From a virus, in IMG/VR virus record IMGVR_UViG_3300045988_111426: a stretch of 64,000 nt of DNA. The stretch is one strand, 5' to 3'. The notes beneath the pieces were generated by a model. The model saw only the letters and a list, made by a program, of their open reading frames with translations, searched no databases and had not been told where the DNA came from. Of the stretch, positions 34,425 to 43,529 are shown piece after piece; the first letter of the stretch is position 1, and each line of letters starts with the position of its first letter. The position numbers were made by a program, and so were the translations under genes.

Positions 34425-35039
34425 TTACTTAAAGTTGAGGTATTCGTTATTGTAAATGCTGGAAACTGTCATCTTTGTACTTTCGACAAGAAGACCATTC
34501 ACGAGGATCTTCAAATCTTTGCCATGTCTGTCGATAACGATGATGTCGTCGGAATACTTGAAAATCTGTGGTGTTCTACAGTTTTCAAAGTTTACGAAAC
34601 CTTCGGAAATCCGCTTTCCATTTTCATCAAAACTGGTAACTGATAGATTCTCACCAATCCCCGAAGTGACAAGTATCTCATCTTCAAACTTCCAAAGGTC
34701 AGAATAAGGAATTGTCTCAGTGACGTAAATCTCCAGAAGTGTGAAGAGCGAGCCATCGATCAGCTCGTCAAATGTTTCTTCCGAAAAGCTCAATCTGTAA
34801 AGAAATCTATCAGATGTCTTTGTTCCGTCTCTCCTCTCTATGAGAAGTTTGATCATTGGAACGACAACTGCGCTTCCTCCGATATATTCGATAGTCCCAG
34901 CACATGAAAGGAACTTCTTCTTGTCGATCTGGGGCTGATAGTCGTTGAATCTGTCCATGTCGATACGGACTGTGAAGAATCTCTCTCCGATCTTCGCCAC
35001 GTATGACTTCAAACTTTGAAGGTAGACGATTTTTACCAT
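34425..35039 (-). CDS. hypothetical protein, paralogue B
   Basis: 204 aa. 'FSEETFDELIDGSLFTLLEIYVTETIPYSDLWKFEDEILV'. Confidence 0.55.
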   Translation of the reverse strand: MVKIVYLQSLKSYVAKIGERFFTVRIDMDRFNDYQPQIDKKKFLSCAGTIEYIGGSAVVVPMIKLLIERRDGTKTSDRFLYRLSFSEETFDELIDGSLFTLLEIYVTETIPYSDLWKFEDEILVTSGIGENLSVTSFDENGKRISEGFVNFENCRTPQIFKYSDDIIVIDRHGKDLKILVNGLLVESTKMTVSSIYNNEYLNFK

Positions 35040-35845
35040 AATGTTTCTTCTTTCTGAGATTTGTGGAAGAACCTTTCATACAGGTTCGGATTCTCCCAGT
35101 CTCTTATAACAGATGACATGCAGAGATTTTTGATGTTGTGATAAATTGATAGGTTCTCTTTGTCAAGTGTATCGTTGTCGATTATCGATTGCATCCACTC
35201 TTCACGAAAAACCCATGGAAATCTTTTCCCATTCTGATAGTAGATTTGGTCTTGACCAAGCGAGGAACATGAAATGTACTCAATTCCCGAGAAATCGGTC
35301 TTGTGGTGAAATCCGAGAAGTGGTTCAATTTCTAACCACAATCTTGTGTTGGGAGAAATCTTCAAAGATGCTCGCAGAAGATCCACTCTATGACGAAAGC
35401 CATCATTTTCCACAGATGTTCCAATTATGACGTTATCTGGGAGCGGTTTCTGATAATAGTCTCTGAGGAACTTGTAATAACGCCCAGCATTCTTCGATAA
35501 TAGAAAGAAAACGTGTTGTGGGAAATCTCCGAAAGTGTCAAACACACAAGCAATGTCCTTGTCTTCGATCGACGGACTTAAAAAGTCACCCATTATCGAA
35601 CCGATGTAGATTTCAGAGACTTCTGATGGACTTATGAAATCTCGGAGGTGCTTTGTGTTTATCTTTGGTTGTAGGAAAAACTGATCCGCATAACCTCTGG
35701 CAGGGAACATCTTATAACGAACATAGCAATATGGACAAGACGACTTTTCCGTGGGGACGATGATCGAATCGTCAAATGGGTCTCCACAAGTCCCTTCCTT
35801 CTTCCCAAAGACATCACATCCGTAGACAAAGTTCAAAGTTCTCAT
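35033..35845 (-). CDS. DUF5131 (phage Gp37/Gp68) family protein
   Basis: 'CPYCY', 'IYIGSIMGDFLSPSIEDKDIACVF..FPQHVFFLLSKNAGRY' and 'NVIIGTSVEN...RLWLEIEPLLG' follow the family pattern 'GC.NCYA / IFV.SMSDLFH / H.FQ.LTKRP / NVWLGVSVEN / EPLLG'. Confidence 0.6.
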   Translation of the reverse strand: MRTLNFVYGCDVFGKKEGTCGDPFDDSIIVPTEKSSCPYCYVRYKMFPARGYADQFFLQPKINTKHLRDFISPSEVSEIYIGSIMGDFLSPSIEDKDIACVFDTFGDFPQHVFFLLSKNAGRYYKFLRDYYQKPLPDNVIIGTSVENDGFRHRVDLLRASLKISPNTRLWLEIEPLLGFHHKTDFSGIEYISCSSLGQDQIYYQNGKRFPWVFREEWMQSIIDNDTLDKENLSIYHNIKNLCMSSVIRDWENPNLYERFFHKSQKEETLW

Positions 35846-35851
35846 TCCTCT

Positions 35852-37054
35852 TTACCAAAGTGGATCGAAAGCGATCAATGAAACAGGCAATGCTTGTACA
35901 CCAATCGAAGTGATTATCTTGTTAAGTGGTGAAAGATAAAGCATTTCGAACTGCTTGGAATAATCGATTGGATAAAGGAACTCATAACAAGGGTCTCCGT
36001 TGACAAATGCGAAGACATCACTTCGGGGATCTGTTGAATAGTAGTATTGAATCTTCATCCCCGATCTGATCTGTTGATATTTGTGTTTATACTTCGACTT
36101 TGTAAGTTCGGCATTATAAACACTCGAAGCTCTGATCTGAATTGTTACCCCCTTGACGTATTCGAAGACACCATCTTTTGCAGTTATCACATATTTCTCA
36201 TAACCATTAACTCTCTGAGAGATTGCAACATCTTCCACGTTTGCACTTTCAAATTTTGATTTTTGCATTTTGACGTGGTCGATGAAATCTCGAAGATTCA
36301 GTTCTCGGTGTTGCAAGATATAGTGAACTGTCTCACGGAGAAGTTCTCGGACAAACTTTGGTGTCGATGACTTGTTAATATCGAGACCTTTGACTTCTAC
36401 GTTTTCAAGTGGCTTGAAATAAACGCCTTCTTCCCAAGAGATATTCTTGATGTACTTCTTCTTCGATGTCCACAAGACGTTGTGGCAGATCATCTCAAAA
36501 GCAAGCTTCATTGAACGTTGTCCATCAATCTTCTGCTGGAATCCGTTGAACTTGCGGATATAACCAACGAGCATATCTTTGACACAATCATTCAGATCGT
36601 TTTCACCAATATCAAAGACGAATTCTTCAAGAGTTCCCTTGTAATCGGTCTTGTCCATGATGTCCTTGTAACGGATAAACACGGAATCTGTGTCGGCATA
36701 GTTCACCGCATTGAAATCGATCGGATCACACTTTGTAATCCCCATCTTTGCATGCAGTTCCCGATGATTTGGGAATCTCTGTTGGAAATACCTATTGAAG
36801 AAGAGAATGGTGTAACGGATCACATGAGAAGATTGCTCAGACACGGATCTTGCAATTTCTCTATCGTAGAGGATAAATGAATGATAACCAAGAACACCAT
36901 AGATTGAGTTGAGAGCAACTTTCGAGACTTTGTTAATTGTTGACTGATAACTTGCTTCTCTCTCAAGTCTGGATATTTCCATCAGAATCTCCTCTTCTGT
37001 GACATTCTGTCCTTTCTTCAAGGATGAGTGGTTAAGTTCTATCTCAAGGATCAT
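35852..37054 (-). CDS. family-B DNA polymerase, C-terminal half (motifs B and C, KKKY, thumb)
   Basis: Motif B 'KVALNSIYGVLG', motif C 'YADTDSVFI', and 'TSKKKYIKN'. Begins with its own ATG. Confidence 0.85.
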   Translation of the reverse strand: MILEIELNHSSLKKGQNVTEEEILMEISRLEREASYQSTINKVSKVALNSIYGVLGYHSFILYDREIARSVSEQSSHVIRYTILFFNRYFQQRFPNHRELHAKMGITKCDPIDFNAVNYADTDSVFIRYKDIMDKTDYKGTLEEFVFDIGENDLNDCVKDMLVGYIRKFNGFQQKIDGQRSMKLAFEMICHNVLWTSKKKYIKNISWEEGVYFKPLENVEVKGLDINKSSTPKFVRELLRETVHYILQHRELNLRDFIDHVKMQKSKFESANVEDVAISQRVNGYEKYVITAKDGVFEYVKGVTIQIRASSVYNAELTKSKYKHKYQQIRSGMKIQYYYSTDPRSDVFAFVNGDPCYEFLYPIDYSKQFEMLYLSPLNKIITSIGVQALPVSLIAFDPLW

Positions 37055-37217
37055 TGGGGATCTTGTTGTAGAGTTGTTGGCTGACTATTGATTGATCAGT
37101 AGATGTTGATCAGTTGATGATTGTTGATGTCGGATGTCTATTCACATTTCCTATAATCAAGAGAGGTCATGGGTTATGTTCGGGAGGATTTTGGAGGTGA
37201 TCTCTTTTTAAAGTTTC

Positions 37218-37444
37218 GTACGTATACGCAGGAATTCCAACAGTTTTATATGCGTGTCACCTAACACGCTAGCGGTACCATTGGTAGAAACTGGAGATTT
37301 TTAATCAGAGAAATAAAGATATTTCTGCGCTCAATGTATGGTTTGTAGAAACCTATGCACTAGCGTGCATAGTTTGTTCTCCAAACCAGTTGTTAATGCT
37401 TCGCATTAACGTTAAAAGTAATTAAAAATAATCGCACGCATATA
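37218..37444. other. structured non-coding segment (candidate ncRNA or origin hairpins)
   Basis: Long-range 10-bp complementarity between 37247-37256 and 37435-37444 encloses local hairpins at 37340-37353, 37353-37372 (8 bp, loop tagc), 37392-37410 (8 bp) and 37309-37326. Confidence 0.3.
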
Positions 37445-37645
37445 CGAGTATACACCCACGAATACACACCCACGAGTTACACGAATAAGCATGCGGTTTG
37501 TGACAACTGAGCCGATAATCAGCCAAGAATCCTCCAAAGTCATAGGTAGTCTTCAAAGAATCAGTCATAGTCTTTCAATGATCCTTTAATCTTTGGTCTT
37601 AGTCTTTGATGATTTCCAACAGTCGTCATAATCTTTCAATGATCA

Positions 37646-37681
37646 GTCTTTGTCTTTGTCTTTGTCTTTGTCTTTGTCTTT
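37646..37681. repeat. (GTCTTT)6 hexanucleotide tandem repeat
   Basis: Six perfect consecutive GTCTTT units. Confidence 0.9.
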
Positions 37682-38271
37682 CCATAACCCTTCATAGTCT
37701 TTGACAATAGTCCACAGTCTTCCAATGATCATCATTATCCTTCAAAGATACTCTTCTGATTAAAGAGAGGTACTTTCCTTGCACTCTGATACACTTTCCG
37801 CTATTTCTACCCCACTGAATATCTTCGAGGACAAGGAAGATACCAAGAAGACAATCGAAGATAATCAGTCATAGTCTTCCAATAGTCCTTTGATGATTGC
37901 CTTTGTCTTTCAATGATTGTCCATAATCAGTCATAGTCTTCCAATGATCCTTTGACAATCATTCATTATTGTCATTGTCTATTCATAGTCTTTCAAGAGT
38001 ACTCTTCTGATTACAGAAAGGCACTTTCCTTGCATTCTGACCCATTTGACGCTATTTTCACCCCACTTGATCAGTTTGAATCAAAGAAAGACATAAAGAA
38101 GACAATCGTCGATAATCAATAGTCTTTCGATAATCAGCCTTTGTCTTTAATTGTCTTTCATAGTCTTTGATGATGATCATTGTCTCCCGACGAGAGTCCA
38201 TAATCCCCAAGAATATGTCTTCTGATTACAGGAAGGTACTTTCCTTGCACTCTGACCCATTTTCCGCTATT

Positions 38272-38300
38272 TTCATATTCTTGAATCACTTCGAGGACAA
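38272..38300 (-). promoter_or_regulatory. sigma70-like promoter inside an inverted-repeat cassette (TTGTCC-N17-TATGAA)
   Basis: The -35 lies in the right arm. Same geometry as 44123-44151 and 52757-52785. Confidence 0.35.
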
Positions 38301-38481
38301 GGAAAGTACCTTCCTTTAAAGCATATCAATTGGATAACACGTCTTCGGATAATGATGAATAGTGAACGATTGTTTCTCATCTATCCATTTTTGTTGATCT
38401 TCCGATAAAAACAACCATTTCTCACCCATTATAAGACGTATGAAGTAGATTTGTTGATGTCATAAGAATACAAAGAAGACA

Positions 38482-39039
38482 ATGAAGTCATTAGAACAGT
38501 TTCGCAATATGGTCTTGAATCACGATATCTTCATATTGATCGAAGGTAGACAAGCATTGATCAAAAATGTCGATCTTGATTTATACTCTCGACGTGGTGA
38601 TTTAGTGGTTTCGTATCAAGACATAATAATCAACGACGAAGGTATAAAGACAGAGAACCACGAGGAAACTGTTCTATTCATTCGTGATGGTCTCTTTTGT
38701 GAAGACTACTACATCGTGGAATCCGATCCAGTGTTCTATAAGCAGTTTTCTATAAAGACACGCAACAAGATGAAGATTCTCGATATGCGAGATATTGCCG
38801 TTGTTCACGATCTCTCTTCAAAATCTCCAGAGGAAATAATGAACGTTTATAAGATGATTCGTGAAGAGATTCTTCTTTACACGTTCTTCAATCCTTCTAT
38901 CTTCCATAAAAATCCTTACCCATCTTTAGAATATAAGATGCCAAATGAAAAGATTATCGAAAAGTCAGATGAATCATTGAGAAATCTGGATGGTCTGATC
39001 GATTCTGCAAGATCAATTCATTGGTTCTTAAGTTTCTAA
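38482..39039 (+). CDS. hypothetical protein
   Basis: 185-aa first gene of the plus-strand island. Confidence 0.55.
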   Translation: MKSLEQFRNMVLNHDIFILIEGRQALIKNVDLDLYSRRGDLVVSYQDIIINDEGIKTENHEETVLFIRDGLFCEDYYIVESDPVFYKQFSIKTRNKMKILDMRDIAVVHDLSSKSPEEIMNVYKMIREEILLYTFFNPSIFHKNPYPSLEYKMPNEKIIEKSDESLRNLDGLIDSARSIHWFLSF

Positions 39040-39055
39040 CAGAGAGGAAAAAGTC

Positions 39056-39586
39056 ATGAAGAAGATAGCTTTCGTTGGTAAATCTGCAGTTGGTAAGAAT
39101 CACTTCTTAAACATCTTTACCGCTCTTGGATACAAACCAGCAATAGGTCATACTACAAGAGCACCAAGAGAGGGGGAACAAGAAGGTAAAGATTATCACT
39201 TTGTCTCTAAGGAAGAGTTTGCGGAGATGATCTTGAAGGACGAGTTCATCCAGTTCATGCAGTTCCAAGGAGAATATTACGGAACTACTTTCACAGAATT
39301 CAGAAATTGTGACTTCTTCATCACTTCACCAACTGGTCTTGAGTACATTCCCGACAATCTTCGCTCAAATATAACAATAGCTGAACTCATCTGTGAAAAG
39401 ACAGTCACAATCCTCAGAAGACAGATTCGTGATGCATCCCAAGATACCACTTCGAGAGATGAGAATGACGACAAGCTCTTTGAAAACTTTGATCAGAAAA
39501 TGAAAGATCTCGGTTATAATCACGTGAAGATCGACACTGCAACAGCAATCGAAAAGTTCTACGCTCACAGCTTTGATGTATGCTAA
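39056..39586 (+). CDS. gmk: guanylate-kinase-like nucleoside monophosphate kinase
   Basis: P-loop 'GKSAVGKN', 'GHTTRAPREGEQEGKDYHFVSKEEF' and 'GEYYGT', matching Gmk 'SHTTR.PR.GE..G..Y.FV' and 'YYGT'. Confidence 0.75.
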   Translation: MKKIAFVGKSAVGKNHFLNIFTALGYKPAIGHTTRAPREGEQEGKDYHFVSKEEFAEMILKDEFIQFMQFQGEYYGTTFTEFRNCDFFITSPTGLEYIPDNLRSNITIAELICEKTVTILRRQIRDASQDTTSRDENDDKLFENFDQKMKDLGYNHVKIDTATAIEKFYAHSFDVC

Positions 39587-40284
39587 TACTTGATAACAGT
39601 AAAGACTACTACGACTACATCCAAGGCGTTTATGGCGTGGATAGAAAGATTGTGTTTGATAGGCATGCTTTCAACTTACAGCACGAAGATGTTCGTTTTT
39701 CTTGTCACGACAATCTTGCTTACTTTCTTGTAGAAGTTGCAACAACGTGGTATATGCTCAGAGTTGATGTTGATCCCGAGAGAGATTCTTTAAGGGGGGA
39801 GCACCCTTTCCAAAGATTGAGTTTTTATCACAAAGACATACGTTCTCTTTCTCTCATCTGTACAAAGGAAATCGATGAAAAGGAGAAACTTTCCGATAGT
39901 GTTTCGTTCTTACTCAACATTGACAACGCCCATACCGTTTTCTCGATGTTCATGTCTTATATGATCACCCACGGTAGAAAATACGGCTTTGGGGATGAGC
40001 GTATAGACTACGACGACATGTTCAGATCTCTGTTCGAAATGTCAGCGTCTGAGATAGTACCGAAGGTGGCCAGATTTGGATTTGAAAGCTACTTCCACTG
40101 TAAAAATCCACTCTTGAAGTGCATCAACTTCGGTGGGATTGTTCCTCCAGAGGAGATGTTCATCAAGATCCAAAACTTCCTCTCGGCACAAATCAAAGAT
40201 GGTGTCGAAGTGAAGATGACAGATGAACAGAAGATTGTCGGGTATGGATTCGACAAGAAGACATCTTTCAGGAAGAGAAAATAA
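39580..40284 (+). CDS. hypothetical protein
   Basis: 234-aa ORF overlapping the gmk-like stop by 7 nt. Basic tail 'GFDKKTSFRKRK'. Confidence 0.55.
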   Translation: MLILDNSKDYYDYIQGVYGVDRKIVFDRHAFNLQHEDVRFSCHDNLAYFLVEVATTWYMLRVDVDPERDSLRGEHPFQRLSFYHKDIRSLSLICTKEIDEKEKLSDSVSFLLNIDNAHTVFSMFMSYMITHGRKYGFGDERIDYDDMFRSLFEMSASEIVPKVARFGFESYFHCKNPLLKCINFGGIVPPEEMFIKIQNFLSAQIKDGVEVKMTDEQKIVGYGFDKKTSFRKRK

Positions 40285-40373
40285 GGATTCTATTCATACT
40301 TTCCATAGACAGCGAGAGGACTGTGGTCAATTTCGAGATCACAGCCCTCTCCAATTTTTCAAGAGTGAAAGTT

Positions 40374-43300
40374 TTAGTCTTCTTGATACTTCATCTTTAT
40401 CGTTATGTCAAATGAGAAGATGTCATCGATGAACTTTTGTATGAGGTCAAAGCCGATAACTTTCTCATAGACCACGTTCTTGACACCATCTTCACCATTT
40501 ACACGCCCTTCACCTTGAGATCCATCACCATAATAGTCCGTCATTCTACATTCGAAGATGATCGGTATTCTGATTTCTGAATTGTTGATGATTAACCCTT
40601 TGTTGTAGATGTTCGTGTTGGTGCTTATCGCTTTCGGATTCTGAGGTGAAAGATAAACATAAGCACCACAGGTGTCTTTCCCGACGAGATATCTGTCATC
40701 GTGGTGGAAACCAATCTTGGAAGATTCACCGATTATCGATTTCACCGAGTTCGACTTGAAAGATGCACTCTGAACACTCTTCGCAATGATGTCTTTGATC
40801 GTGGATTTGTGTTCACTTTCCACACCACTTATGTTCTTGAAGAGTGGGTGATCTTTATGGAAGCAGAAATCTGTGAGATAGCCGTTTCCATCCACGAGTT
40901 TTCCATCAACAATCTTTGCGATGAACTGAGTCTCTGGTTTCCCTGTGGTTGCGTAATCTCCAAAGTTCAGCTCTTTTCTTTCTTCATTAAGCTTCTTTTC
41001 TGATGCATTCATCCCAGTCGTCGATTTCTTCCATTTTTCTACGATGCTGTCTTGAAGTGCAAGATCACGTGATCTCTGATAAACGAACTGTCCCTTCATC
41101 TGTGGAGATCCAAATGGAAGTCGATGTTCACCTTCACCATCGGTTTTAAAGCCGATGCAAGGGAAGTCATAGCGACGATAGCCGTAAGTCTTCTCATCGT
41201 GAACGTATCCACTCATGTCCTCGGTGACTGGTGTGTTAAAACCTGGGACATAAGACAAGAGTTCGGCATCTATCGACTTTGGATTTCTTATGCTCAAGTA
41301 GTATGTCTTCTGAATAATCGATCCCTTTGAGTTCGATTCAGTTTCATTCTTGTAATAACCAGCGAAGATCTTCACATGGTCATTGTTCTCAATGTTCATG
41401 ATCTTTTCCTCATTGCTATCAAGAATGGATATTTGAAGAGGAGAGTTCTTGATCCCATATCTTGATTCGATAGAGTCAATCGTTCTCTTCATCTCATCAA
41501 GAACCTGCATCACAGATTTCTGTTTGTTTTCACCATCAGTGAAGTAGTCCGTCGATATGTTACGTGAAGAATGGTGGAACATCTTCTCTCCCGATGTGTG
41601 GGAATCTGAAAGGTGATCATAAACACCAATTGATGTGAGTTCCTTCTCTATCATCGTGAGCATGTTGTCATCACCAATCCCTTCGAAAATCTTGGAAGAT
41701 GTGTCGACGAGATGCTGTGGGAATTCAACAATGACAGGTGATGACCATTCCGACATGTTGATAACTGTAGGATAGCCAGCTTCAGAGATCGAACGTACTC
41801 GGATTTCTACGTACTCATTTTTGGATATTGGAATGTCTACTTGATTTGGATTAATGCTATCAGCATCGAGTTCGTTCTCAGATTTCCATTCATACGCCCC
41901 AGTTGCAAGATTGTAGATTTTCTCTCTCTGATTCATTGGGAGCGTATTCCAATTCGAGTAGTACGCTTTGAGTTTCTCACCACTTGGGAGAATGTAGTCG
42001 ATCGTTTCTACGTTTGATTCTGTATTATCAGTTCGAAGATATCGATACTGACATTCAAACTTGATAATGTCGTAAGACACACCGTTATAAACCGTAGGTT
42101 CTGGTATAGCAAAAAACCCTCTGATTCTGTACTTTGGCTTGAATTCCTCAGAATCCCGAGTATACGTAAGGATGTCATTAACCAGAGAATAGAAAGTACT
42201 TACGAGGTTCTTTCTTTGCTTGTAATTCTCATCTATCGACTTCTGAAGTTTCTCACGTAGATTTTTATCGACAGTAGAACCCATCTCGTCTTTGAGTTTC
42301 ACTATCGATTTGTCGATGATTTCGATTTGGCTCTTTACGTTTTCCTTCTCGGCATATTTCTCTCTTACCTTCGTCTCGAACTGGTTTATTCTATGTGAAT
42401 TGATCAGCTTCACTTGCAGGTTTTTGGCTTCAAGGGAGGGGGTGTTCGGCTTCACATAAACATCCTTCTTCGCCGAAGAACCTCGGAGATTGTTGATTTT
42501 CTCTTCGACTTGAACGTCGGGTTTCACATAGACATTACAAGATCCCCATTCATCTGAAGCTATCCACTTCTGATTTATCGGTTTGATGAAGAGAATGAAT
42601 GGTTCTGATGAATGAAGCTCTACTGGGACAATTGTTCCAAACTCGTCTTCAATATCGATCTTGATCGTATCACCAATGGATACTTGTTCAAGACCATAAA
42701 CCGTGTTAAATCGGACATAACCAGTGGACTTGTCAATTTCCGAAACTGACCAAAGAGTGTTCTTACCAACAGTAAACTTTGATCCAACGGAAACTGATCT
42801 CGTAATTGTCACATCACCATCGATCGATTCTGTATACGAGAGATTCTGTCCAGATCCATTATCAAGAAGATAACCATCCTCGGAAATGTCCGATATCTTG
42901 AAATCTCGGGTGATGTTTCGTGATCTTGGTTTGACACAAACGATCGATTCTTGTTCTTTATATTTCTTCGCCGTAGAATGAAGATGTTTGAGGATATTCT
43001 CGTATTTCGTACCTGCAGAGAAATCATAACCATCGACGAAAAGCTTCTTTATCTGTACATGGGTGAAATCGTACTTATACTCTTCGACCTGCTTCGAAAT
43101 GTCAATATCAATAAACGTTGATTTTTCACCTTTGAGGTTTTCACGTGTGTATAATGACTTCGAAATGATGTCGTCCGTGATCGTTATCTCATTTGGTGTA
43201 AATCTCTTGATGTTTATAAGTTGTCTTCGAACGCCATCTTGTGTAACAACGTACGCCTGCATCTCACCATCTGCCACTATGTTCCTTATGTTCTTGTCGA

Positions 43301-43493
43301 TTCTTTCAAGTCTTCGGATGATGTGGGACAGAGAAGGTACGTCGAACGATTCTTTGCCGTTCTCAAGGATGTATTCTATTCTAACAGTATCAGATTCATC
43401 GATCATCATCTTTTGGAGGGCGTTGATTATCTCCAAAGACGTGATGTCATGTCTCGCTACATTCTCTAAAAACTTGTCTATACTGTTTGACAT
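40374..43493 (-). CDS. large virion structural protein (baseplate or fibre candidate)
   Basis: 1039 aa with a late-promoter-like motif at 43515-43529 upstream. No motif-level assignment. Confidence 0.4.
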   Translation of the reverse strand: MSNSIDKFLENVARHDITSLEIINALQKMMIDESDTVRIEYILENGKESFDVPSLSHIIRRLERIDKNIRNIVADGEMQAYVVTQDGVRRQLINIKRFTPNEITITDDIISKSLYTRENLKGEKSTFIDIDISKQVEEYKYDFTHVQIKKLFVDGYDFSAGTKYENILKHLHSTAKKYKEQESIVCVKPRSRNITRDFKISDISEDGYLLDNGSGQNLSYTESIDGDVTITRSVSVGSKFTVGKNTLWSVSEIDKSTGYVRFNTVYGLEQVSIGDTIKIDIEDEFGTIVPVELHSSEPFILFIKPINQKWIASDEWGSCNVYVKPDVQVEEKINNLRGSSAKKDVYVKPNTPSLEAKNLQVKLINSHRINQFETKVREKYAEKENVKSQIEIIDKSIVKLKDEMGSTVDKNLREKLQKSIDENYKQRKNLVSTFYSLVNDILTYTRDSEEFKPKYRIRGFFAIPEPTVYNGVSYDIIKFECQYRYLRTDNTESNVETIDYILPSGEKLKAYYSNWNTLPMNQREKIYNLATGAYEWKSENELDADSINPNQVDIPISKNEYVEIRVRSISEAGYPTVINMSEWSSPVIVEFPQHLVDTSSKIFEGIGDDNMLTMIEKELTSIGVYDHLSDSHTSGEKMFHHSSRNISTDYFTDGENKQKSVMQVLDEMKRTIDSIESRYGIKNSPLQISILDSNEEKIMNIENNDHVKIFAGYYKNETESNSKGSIIQKTYYLSIRNPKSIDAELLSYVPGFNTPVTEDMSGYVHDEKTYGYRRYDFPCIGFKTDGEGEHRLPFGSPQMKGQFVYQRSRDLALQDSIVEKWKKSTTGMNASEKKLNEERKELNFGDYATTGKPETQFIAKIVDGKLVDGNGYLTDFCFHKDHPLFKNISGVESEHKSTIKDIIAKSVQSASFKSNSVKSIIGESSKIGFHHDDRYLVGKDTCGAYVYLSPQNPKAISTNTNIYNKGLIINNSEIRIPIIFECRMTDYYGDGSQGEGRVNGEDGVKNVVYEKVIGFDLIQKFIDDIFSFDITIKMKYQED

Positions 43494-43514
43494 AATGTCG
43501 AAGTCTTTTTTTAA

Positions 43515-43529
43515 TTTGTGTTATTTACC
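43515..43529 (-). promoter_or_regulatory. late-promoter-like motif variant (GGTAAATAACACAAA)
   Basis: About 22 nt upstream of the ATG at 43493. Confidence 0.3.

Larger units (their letters stand above)
37512..38330. repeat. iteron field in three repeat modules
   Basis: At least 12 copies of CATAGTCTT(T/C)CAATGATC-like units, e.g. 37564-37583, 37624-37644, 37708-37730, 37868-37886, 37929-37949, 37983-37998, 38150-38175. Each module ends with TCTTCTGATTA..GG(T/C)ACTTTCCTTGCA(C/T)TCTGA. Confidence 0.75.

Noticed and set aside
37055-37520. Group I/II intron or intein-type element joining the two PolB halves.
   Set aside because: The N-terminal half lies 23 kb downstream in the direction of transcription and is followed within 8 nt by groES. 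No exon continuity, no recognisable P7/G-binding or domain V features, and no HN|S/C/T intein junctions were seen at the PolB break points.
37512-38330. Repeat field considered as a CRISPR array.
   Set aside because: The repeats are ~18 bp, imperfect, irregularly spaced and partly abutting. There are no unique spacers of uniform length and no cas genes. The pattern fits iterons or tandem modules better.
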